From assembly GCA_965661985.1 (NCBI GenBank), contig CBFIFY010000013.1, forward strand, positions 998 through 64,997: a stretch of 64,000 nucleotides of DNA. The letters are read 5' to 3'. Numbering within the stretch: the first letter of the stretch is position 1; each line of letters starts with the position of its first letter. Below are positions 27,682 to 37,041 of this stretch, piece after piece. The position numbers were made by a program, and so were the translations under genes. The DNA is from an uncultured Myxococcota bacterium (lineage in GTDB: Bacteria > Myxococcota_A > UBA796). The notes beneath the pieces were generated by a model. It saw nothing but the letters and a program-made list of their open reading frames with translations. It was not told the DNA's origin and did no database searches.

Positions 27682-28542
27682 TTATTTGTGGCAAGTGTAG
27701 CAGTCTTTGATCTCTGCTCGACGCAACTCAGCCTCTTCGCAAGTCGTGGCGTCGCCGGCCAGCGCTTCTGCATCACAATGGTTTTCTTGCACAGAAGGAT
27801 GACTTTCGTGGCAGTTCAAACACCAACCCATCGTCAGTTCACTCACACGATAAGCTACAGTCATCGTATCCTGTACTTCCCCGTGACACTCTTGACATTC
27901 TAAGCCTGCTTTGACATGTCTTTTGTGTGTGAAGTGTACGAAGTCAGGAAGATCGTGCACTTTTTGCCAAGGTATTGGTTGCTGTTCAATCTTGCTTCCG
28001 TCACTGTCAACAGCAGCTTCAAGAATCTCGGCAGTCAAATCTTGCCCTTTCGCCTTACTGACCAACTCAGCAGCCTCGTCAGCTCCGTAGTTGTAGGAAA
28101 GCAACTTGTACAGTTCAGGACGGCCTGTTGGATCAACTTTTAATTGACCGTTGGGGCTCAATCCGTGACAGTTCATGCAGATTTGTGTTGAAGGGATACC
28201 GGCATGAATAGAGCGTTTTGCGTATGTATGGCAGTATTGACACTCGATTTGCAACTCACCAGCGTGCAACATGTGTGAATAAGCAATGGGTTGTTCCAAA
28301 ACTTCATTTGGATCTACAGCGCCATACGCTACATGTTCATTGGCGATGTCTCTATCTGGATCGCTGAATACAGGAACCGGTGGCGGAACCAAGTACTTTA
28401 ATCCACGAGGAAACGTGTCGTTGTTGTACTCATCTTGAGCAGTATCCCCATCGTCAGCGGATACAGGGTTGTTGAAAATGCCGTAAGCTGCGAGTGCAGC
28501 GATTGGTAATCCAAAGGCAATAAGCTTGTGTATGTTGCGCAT
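27682..28542 (-). CDS. actA: Alternative complex III pentaheme cytochrome c subunit A
   Basis: Five CxxCH motifs (CQYCH, CMNCH, CQECH, CLNCH, CYTCH); QPIAYSH..HAG; PIPW.KVHDLPDFVHFTH; MGWC. Confidence 0.92.
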   Translation of the reverse strand: MRNIHKLIAFGLPIAALAAYGIFNNPVSADDGDTAQDEYNNDTFPRGLKYLVPPPVPVFSDPDRDIANEHVAYGAVDPNEVLEQPIAYSHMLHAGELQIECQYCHTYAKRSIHAGIPSTQICMNCHGLSPNGQLKVDPTGRPELYKLLSYNYGADEAAELVSKAKGQDLTAEILEAAVDSDGSKIEQQPIPWQKVHDLPDFVHFTHKRHVKAGLECQECHGEVQDTMTVAYRVSELTMGWCLNCHESHPSVQENHCDAEALAGDATTCEEAELRRAEIKDCYTCHK

Positions 28543-28826
28543 GCGTCATCTCCAGAGAACTGAAAGAGTCGTCAATCAAATAAATTGGTGCATATTCATA
28601 ATGTATTTGCCAACTCAGTTCAACATATTGAGACAAATCAGAATGAATAAAGGCCATTTTACCAAGAAAGAACAGCTCTATTTTTATCACATCGTGATTG
28701 AGCAGATAGAAGTAGAAAGTGAAAAATCAATGAATAAAGTCTCGTTTCGTCCATAAGAAAGTTACCCTCCAACTACAATTTATATTTTTCACGTGGTGCA
28801 AACCACTTTGTTGATAGGGTACAATT

Positions 28827-29396
28827 ATGCACATCACCGGCGGTAAATTACGTAGAAGAACACTGCATATCACAGAACAAAAGGGGATTCGTCCCACCTC
28901 GGCAAAGGTGAGGGAAGCCATTTTCTCAATGATCGGTCAAGACTTGAATGGCGTGTCTATGCTCGACTCTTTTGGTGGTTCTGGGATTATGGGACTGGAA
29001 GCTTGGTCTAGAGGGGCGGAACCGGTACTCATCACAGAAAAGAATCGCCGAGCCGTCAACAACATTCGCAAATACATCTCCAGTTTCAATGCATCCATTG
29101 AGGTGAGACAAGTCGATGCCAGCAAGGGATTTTCAAAGGCATGGGACTTGGTGTTTTTAGATCCCCCATACCACATGGACGTACGACCATTTCTGCGTCA
29201 GGCATTCGAAACCACCAACTGGACAATCATTACAGAAACCGATTCGGGTAAGCCACTTGATCTGACGAATCTGCGAGTGGCAATGGACAAGCGTGGTTGG
29301 ACCCTCGCAAAACAAAAGCACTATGGTGCGTCATTGATTACGATTTTTCAGCGCTCAGCTTCATCATCGGACACGGGCGATTTCCCGAGTTCATAA
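28827..29396 (+). CDS. rsmD: 16S rRNA m2G966 methyltransferase
   Basis: ITGG..R, IRPT..KVREAIF, D.FGGSG..GLEA.SRGA and FLDPPY motifs. Confidence 0.88.
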   Translation: MHITGGKLRRRTLHITEQKGIRPTSAKVREAIFSMIGQDLNGVSMLDSFGGSGIMGLEAWSRGAEPVLITEKNRRAVNNIRKYISSFNASIEVRQVDASKGFSKAWDLVFLDPPYHMDVRPFLRQAFETTNWTIITETDSGKPLDLTNLRVAMDKRGWTLAKQKHYGASLITIFQRSASSSDTGDFPSS

Positions 29397-29808
29397 ACGC
29401 TGTAAAGTCTCGAATGATCTCTTGATGATCAAAGACCAGTGATGGCAATTCGCTCACTGGAAAAAAATGTGCAGAGATGGCATCATCGCCACCTTTCACA
29501 TTCATGGATTGAGCCCAAGCAACTGGTGCTGTGTATACGACGGATAGGTTGTGCTGTCGAGGGTCTCGCTTGGGGTTGGAATACACATAGAGGAGATGTT
29601 GCAAAGTGACGTGCAATCCAGTTTCCTCGAGTACTTCACGAATGGCAGCCGCTTCTACTTGTTCACCTTCGTCAACAAATCCTCCTGGCAAGGCCCATCC
29701 GTGAGGGGGATTGAGGCGCTCAATCAGTAGGACTTCTGTTTCATGACTGAACGGATTGTTTCGATGAACGATCACATCTGTCGTCGGCGTCGGATTTCTG
29801 TACTCCAT
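29338..29808 (-). CDS. NUDIX hydrolase (ADP-ribose pyrophosphatase-like)
   Basis: WALPGGFVDEGE.VE.AA.REV.EETGL Nudix box; YS.P.RDPR; LVFDH. Confidence 0.9.
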   Translation of the reverse strand: MEYRNPTPTTDVIVHRNNPFSHETEVLLIERLNPPHGWALPGGFVDEGEQVEAAAIREVLEETGLHVTLQHLLYVYSNPKRDPRQHNLSVVYTAPVAWAQSMNVKGGDDAISAHFFPVSELPSLVFDHQEIIRDFTAFMNSGNRPCPMMKLSAEKS

Positions 29809-29813
29809 TGGAA

Positions 29814-30272
29814 TTAGTGAATCAAGTTTGTACAATACGGAATGGTAAAATCACCTTCCATGACGTCATCACCAAAAGACAGTGCGAAGGTTCCACTTGC
29901 CCAATTCTCATCCACTTCCGTAACAGTGAGCGTTCCATCCGTTGACGTCACAACTTCAAAGGCATCCCCATTGATGTCGAGAAAGGATGAACGGATGGGT
30001 GCTTCTCCACCTGTAGAATATGTTCCCAGTACGACATCTGAATCATTGAAGTTGATCTGTAGGGCTTCCAAATCTCTTTGATAGGGGGCTTCACCATTGC
30101 GATAAATTTTATCCAACCAGTACATTTCTTTACAATCAATGTCAACAGAGAAGAAAGCGATGTATGGACCCCCAAAGTATGCGGTCACAGGTGTAAAGGA
30201 ATTTCCACCAACAGAGCCAGACAATTCCATGATTGTAGGATTGCAACCAAGCAACATAGCAAACAACAGCAT
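29814..30272 (-). CDS. Hypothetical lipoprotein
   Basis: GAGG SD; MLLFAMLLGC lipobox; beta-rich sequence; co-oriented with the NUDIX gene (5 bp gap). Confidence 0.7.
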   Translation of the reverse strand: MLLFAMLLGCNPTIMELSGSVGGNSFTPVTAYFGGPYIAFFSVDIDCKEMYWLDKIYRNGEAPYQRDLEALQINFNDSDVVLGTYSTGGEAPIRSSFLDINGDAFEVVTSTDGTLTVTEVDENWASGTFALSFGDDVMEGDFTIPYCTNLIH

Positions 30273-30360
30273 ATATACCTCATTGGGTTGAAGTGATCAG
30301 TTTATCACAGTGTGTACCCCTTCAATCTCAAAAAAGCAACCACTAACCAAAGAGGTTTCC

Positions 30361-31143
30361 ATGTCGGATTGTCTTCATTTTGAACAGTTGCCCCACTCAA
30401 GGGGACATCTTGAATTAGAGTTTGTGTCTTCACAGCACGCCATCTTATGGCTGGACAATCCAAGTGCCCGAAATGCCATGTCCATTGCAATGATGCATCA
30501 ATTTCCTGAAATGATTGAAATCCTTCAAGAACGTTCCCCGACTGTGTTGGTGATTCGTGGGCGCAATGGTCACTTTTGTGCGGGTGGAGACTTGGTGGAT
30601 GTCAAAGCGCATCTATTGGAAGATGGACTGGGTGCACAAATGTGTGAGTTTATGACTTACTGGACTTCAAAATTGCGATCACTTCCCATTTTTATTGTCA
30701 CTGTCTTAGAAAGGGCAGCGATTGGTGGTGGTGCCGAATTGTTGACAGTAGGAGATTGGGTGATCGCCTCAGAGAGTGGGAAAGTTGGTTTCGTTCAAAA
30801 TCGTCTGGGGGTCACCACTGGATGGGGTGGGGGGCAACGGCTCATCGATAGGGTTGGACGACAGCGTGCCATTCAGGTGTTGGCTCAGTCGCTTGTGTAC
30901 AATGCATCGGAGGCTTATCGATTGGGGGTGGTTGATGAACTCACAACCGATGTAGAGGCATCACTTTTAGAGACGGTAGAACGTCTTGTGAAACAACCCA
31001 AGCAAGCCTTTACAACTTTGATGACTTGGTTACATCGTAGTGATGAAAGAACGACAGAACAGACAGCATTTGCAGACACTTGGTCTAAGGCTGAGCATCG
31101 TTTTGCTCTCGGGCTTGTGGATGGGGTGTCCAAAGAAAAGTGA
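30361..31143 (+). CDS. Enoyl-CoA hydratase/isomerase family protein
   Basis: NP..RNA, HFCAGGDL, AIGGGAEL and LGVTTGWGGG motifs. Confidence 0.88.
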   Translation: MSDCLHFEQLPHSRGHLELEFVSSQHAILWLDNPSARNAMSIAMMHQFPEMIEILQERSPTVLVIRGRNGHFCAGGDLVDVKAHLLEDGLGAQMCEFMTYWTSKLRSLPIFIVTVLERAAIGGGAELLTVGDWVIASESGKVGFVQNRLGVTTGWGGGQRLIDRVGRQRAIQVLAQSLVYNASEAYRLGVVDELTTDVEASLLETVERLVKQPKQAFTTLMTWLHRSDERTTEQTAFADTWSKAEHRFALGLVDGVSKEK

Positions 31144-31669
31144 ACCATCTGTAAAACCTGTGTCTGAACATCCTCTGAAGAAGCAGGCGATCCCATTAGA
31201 CAATATCGAGGACCAACCTGGGGTCATTCAAGATGGCGTATATGTTGATTCAACAAAACAATTTTCGCTGTTGATTTCAGAAGATTGGCAACTTGAACAC
31301 GGCGCTTTCTTCGGGGAGCGCAGACTGAGGTTGACCCATAAACTCGAAGACTATGCTGTTGAAGTTTGGAGACTGAGTGGGAGATACACCCATCCTGCAG
31401 CCCGAGAAGATTGTTTGTGGGCCTTTGTTGATGAAGGGTTGTATTCGGAGTGGTCGCAGGGCGTGGTCAACGTTGCTACTTGCTATCCAGTGGATGCCAA
31501 CACGAATGTGATTTTCGTCTACATGTATCAAACCCCTGAATACACTTGGCAGCTTGAAGGGCATGTATCGATGGACGTATTGGTAGAAGGTGAGCGATTA
31601 ACCCGTGAAGTTATTCAGCAAATTGAATGGAGCGACGGCGAATCAGTCCAAAACACAGTATCCCAATGA
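31040..31669 (+). CDS. Hypothetical lipoprotein
   Basis: Lipobox-like WMGC after a hydrophobic stretch. Start uncertain because it overlaps the upstream gene. Confidence 0.6.
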   Translation: MMKERQNRQHLQTLGLRLSIVLLSGLWMGCPKKSEPSVKPVSEHPLKKQAIPLDNIEDQPGVIQDGVYVDSTKQFSLLISEDWQLEHGAFFGERRLRLTHKLEDYAVEVWRLSGRYTHPAAREDCLWAFVDEGLYSEWSQGVVNVATCYPVDANTNVIFVYMYQTPEYTWQLEGHVSMDVLVEGERLTREVIQQIEWSDGESVQNTVSQ

Positions 31670-33308
31670 CCAAAGCCCATCGTGGGGATACGGCGCCAGA
31701 TTGAGAAGAGCAGCCTCCGCCACACCCATCTGTAGCAGCGTCGCCACCACAGCCAGTACCAGTGTAAGGTACAACACCGACTTCAGCATATCCACCCAGA
31801 TCTGCACCATTTTGACCTGTGCCAGCAAATTCTAGATGAGACAAGCCAACGCCATTGATCGACGGCAATGCAAAAGCAAAGTCTCCAACCAGTGATTCAA
31901 TATCAATCAACCCTAGAATCGTATCAAACTGATCAATGAAACTGTCCTTTATCAATTCTTCGGAGTTGGGTAGAAATTCATTGTAGGGCAATGATGGATC
32001 CACACGCTCTCCGCTTAGGTCGATATCTACAGCCAAGTCTCCGGTTTGTGGATTGAACGGAATGTTGATGCCCACATCCGTCGTGATGCCCAGGGTTAAG
32101 ATTCGAGTTTGGCGTCCGTCCACTTCGGCGAAGAAGTCCAATCCCAATTCGTCCAGATCAATGGCCAAGTCAGCTGGCGTATCCATCGTTAGTTCAAGTG
32201 GGTTGACTGGTTGGGTCTGAATTATCAAGGGGGATGTTTCAGGGAACAATTCTACGAAGGCATCGCCAGTGATGAGGTTTAGGATGCTCGTATCGATTGG
32301 AAATGTGCTGGCGTCAATCGTTTGACACAACAATCCAGCTCTCCAAACACTGTATAGAGCTTGATTCACAAAGTCATCGTCTACGTTCAATAGGACATCA
32401 CCACTTACACCAGGTGGCATGTACCCAATGTTTCGAAGGGCTGTCGGGGTCGCAAGTGAACCATTGGGATCAAATGCAGCAACGCAATCCGCACCAGTTT
32501 CAGTTGTTGCCGAGCCATCTAATTGCACGCGTAACCCTTCTGGTTTGATGGCGATGTCTTCAGGGCTTAGTGAGACTTCCAATGTACTGCCCATAAGATC
32601 TACACTTTCTTGAATGCTGAGTTGTGCAAAAGAATCTTCAAGCGTCTCTTCGAGTGTTGGCACCAAATCCCCAACGACCTCTTCGATACTTGGTTCTACG
32701 ATCCCAATGATCAAATCAAACACAGATAAACCAAAAAAGTTCAATACATCTTCGAAAACCGCGAGGGCACAATTTTCAATGTTGATGTCTTCGCTGGCCA
32801 AGTCATAGTTGTAATTGAAGTTTTCAAAAGTAGCATTGAGGTCGTTGATGCCATCGCCATCCAAGTCGACAATGTCCAGTAAGACTTGTGAGGAAACATC
32901 GACTTGAAACGGATCGACATATCCTTGACAGTTGTATTCAATGCACAAAGACAGCATGTAATCGAGCAAGAATGGGTCAATTGCATCATTTAGATTGACG
33001 TCTAAGGAAACACTAAAGTCTAAAAATCCATCTTTGGGAACAATATTGGCATCCGCAACACTGACACCAATGTTGACGTTGGAGATGTCAAACCACACAT
33101 CGTTCAAACAAGTGTCACCACCACGTTCGATGTCTTGACTGATTGGATCCAAAGGGATTGCAAGTGGAATCAGAGACGGAATCACCTCGACAACCTGAGC
33201 AAAACCCTCAGGTGGGATATCGACCACAATGGCATTCTCTATCTTTGCATCGGGAGGGTTTGTGCCAGCGTTCGCAGTTAATCCCAACAGTGTCCATGCC
33301 AAAATCAT
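31611..33308 (-). CDS. Secreted LBP/BPI (TULIP)-like protein with a MYXO-CTERM-like sorting tail
   Basis: N-terminal AIVVDIPPEGFAQV and internal DVLLNVDDDFVNQALYSVWRAGLL resemble BPI/LBP signatures. Tail GCGGGCSS...WALVIGILCFGLIRRR. Confidence 0.6.
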   Translation of the reverse strand: MILAWTLLGLTANAGTNPPDAKIENAIVVDIPPEGFAQVVEVIPSLIPLAIPLDPISQDIERGGDTCLNDVWFDISNVNIGVSVADANIVPKDGFLDFSVSLDVNLNDAIDPFLLDYMLSLCIEYNCQGYVDPFQVDVSSQVLLDIVDLDGDGINDLNATFENFNYNYDLASEDINIENCALAVFEDVLNFFGLSVFDLIIGIVEPSIEEVVGDLVPTLEETLEDSFAQLSIQESVDLMGSTLEVSLSPEDIAIKPEGLRVQLDGSATTETGADCVAAFDPNGSLATPTALRNIGYMPPGVSGDVLLNVDDDFVNQALYSVWRAGLLCQTIDASTFPIDTSILNLITGDAFVELFPETSPLIIQTQPVNPLELTMDTPADLAIDLDELGLDFFAEVDGRQTRILTLGITTDVGINIPFNPQTGDLAVDIDLSGERVDPSLPYNEFLPNSEELIKDSFIDQFDTILGLIDIESLVGDFAFALPSINGVGLSHLEFAGTGQNGADLGGYAEVGVVPYTGTGCGGDAATDGCGGGCSSQSGAVSPRWALVIGILCFGLIRRRSIQFAE

Positions 33309-33335
33309 CGTAGACTCCAAAGCAATGTCATTTCT

Positions 33336-33374
33336 TCAACGTACTCAACCTTATTTAACCTTATTCAACATAGC
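33336..33374. repeat. Degenerate 10-bp tandem repeat upstream of the BPI-like gene
   Basis: TCAACGTAC TCAACCTTAT TTAACCTTAT TCAACATAGC. Confidence 0.5.
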
Positions 33375-33443
33375 ATGATCACAAGTACATCTTCAAATGA
33401 AGACTGTGAGAATGTAGACCCATCTCTTTATAATTGGCGCAAT

Positions 33444-33989
33444 TTACCTTAGCCAACGGTGTAAAGCCTGTGGGTTCGACAGCAAGGAATCGATGGCGAT
33501 AAAAGTTCCACCGATGCTGGTAATTGCTCGCGCATCTGTACGAACACCATCGCCAATGAGGTAGACCTGACTACCAACGACCCCAAACGCAGTCATTAAT
33601 TGCAAACAGCCATCGGGCAAAGGTTTGAGGGCGCCAATGGTGAGACCACACACAATGTGGTGAATTCCCATCTTTTCAAATGTGGAGTGCAAAGCGGATT
33701 GGGGCAGGTCAGAAAAAATTCCAATGCCACAACCCGACGTTCGAAGGATGCTCAAGAGTTCGCGAACTGAATTGCCAAAGATGTATTGAGAATTTGATAT
33801 GGCAGAGGAGTACTGGGGCATGCATTGACTGTGGACTCTCCGTCCACGCTGATGAGGACTTGCGCTACCAAATGCAAATTTACTGGGAATATCTTGACGA
33901 AAGTGCCACCACGTCTTTGGGCTAGACCAGTCTATCAGCGTGTGGTCAACATCCAAAAGAAACAGTTTTTTTTGGAAAAATGGGTTCAT
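33444..33989 (-). CDS. HAD-superfamily hydrolase
   Basis: Motif I DVDHTL, II FSD, III KPLPDG, IV IGDG.RTD. Confidence 0.75.
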   Translation of the reverse strand: MNPFFQKKLFLLDVDHTLIDWSSPKTWWHFRQDIPSKFAFGSASPHQRGRRVHSQCMPQYSSAISNSQYIFGNSVRELLSILRTSGCGIGIFSDLPQSALHSTFEKMGIHHIVCGLTIGALKPLPDGCLQLMTAFGVVGSQVYLIGDGVRTDARAITSIGGTFIAIDSLLSNPQALHRWLR

Positions 33990-34067
33990 TGTTTTGACAC
34001 ATATCTTAATTTAGAATAGATTACTAGCATCGTCGTAGACGGTAAACATTGTAGAAAGTATTTCCGT

Positions 34068-34140
34068 GGCCGGATAGCTCAGTTGGTAGAGCGGAGGATT
34101 GAAAATCCTTGTGTCGACAGTTCAAGTCTGTCTCTGGCCA
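34068..34140 (+). tRNA. tRNA-Phe(GAA), CCA not encoded
   Basis: GGCCGGA/TCTGGCC acceptor stem; D-arm GCTCAGTTGGTAGAGC; anticodon loop TTGAAAA; T-arm GACAG-TTCAAGT-CTGTC; 73 nt. Confidence 0.97.
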
Positions 34141-34146
34141 CCTTTC

Positions 34147-34342
34147 TTATTTTTTTTGGCTTATTTTTTTGGCTTATTTTGCCTATCTTTGCCTCGGATT
34201 TTTTGATTCGGATTTTTTGATTCGGATTTTTAGCTTTGACCGCATTTTTCGCCTTGATCGTATTTTTTTACAGGCGTATCGCGTAGGCTGTTAGATATGA
34301 TCCATAGTAAATATGGTAACTATGGTAACTATGGTAAACATG
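34147..34342. repeat. Patchwork of short tandem duplications downstream of tRNA-Phe
   Basis: TTATTTTTTT(T)GGC x2; TCGGATTTTTTGAT x2 plus a degenerate third copy; TTGAYCGYATTTTT x2; ATGGTAACT x2 plus ATGGTAAAC. Confidence 0.7.
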
Positions 34343-34690
34343 AATCGTCCAATATTGTCTATATGGAATCGAATTTGTCTGTTGGTACTGTTGTTGATGA
34401 ACAGTGCTTGCCAAAGTGACGAGTGCCTGTTGTTGTGTACTGAACTCAGTCAGCGACTCAATCAGTGTCAACGCGAATGGAATACCGACTGGCAGTATTT
34501 GGATGCTTCGTCTGCATTGGGCTTCGAGACAGTCTGTCAGGACACGTGGACTCAACGCACCGATGATCTTGAGTGGCGCCAAAGGGTGGAAGCCGAAGAA
34601 CAATGTGATGCGGTTCGAACCGAGATAAGTCTTGGTTCCGTAGAATGCGCAGATTTACAAATGTTGTATTTCTACGATCCACAGCACTAA
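34340..34690 (+). CDS. Small Cys-rich hypothetical lipoprotein
   Basis: Signal peptide with NSAC lipobox; six further Cys in about 90 aa. Confidence 0.65.
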   Translation: MNRPILSIWNRICLLVLLLMNSACQSDECLLLCTELSQRLNQCQREWNTDWQYLDASSALGFETVCQDTWTQRTDDLEWRQRVEAEEQCDAVRTEISLGSVECADLQMLYFYDPQH

Positions 34691-34717
34691 GACGTTAATC
34701 TTGGCGCAACCGTGTTT

Positions 34718-36754
<2,037 letters not shown>

Positions 36755-37041
36755 TTATATTAAAGAGAAGAACATGACAAACGGTCAAAAAATGGTCAAT
36801 GCAAGAAAAGGATTGACGTTTGAATATAGTATCCCATATGCATTTATAAGGATAGACACCAAACCAGAACAAAACTTTAATGGATCATCGTTGAGAATTA
36901 TTTTTTCAATTTTATCCGAAACGTCGCTTTCTACCTTTCTTATACATCCTTGAACAAACAGTAAATCACACCGATTTTGTTGACGGACTGCGTAAAAGAT
37001 AGCAATATTCACCGAAACCACATCAACCAGGAAATGAATCT

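Noticed and set aside
28629-28642. FNR-like box upstream of actA (TTGAG-N4-ATCAG)
   Set aside because: Two mismatches to TTGAT-N4-ATCAA in AT-rich DNA cannot be distinguished from chance.
34068-34140. tRNA-Phe as the attachment site of a prophage or island
   Set aside because: No integrase and no duplicate of the tRNA 3' end was noticed, and the flanking genes are ordinary metabolic genes.
34147-34342. CRISPR array
   Set aside because: Units are short, adjacent and heterogeneous, with no unique spacers and no cas genes.
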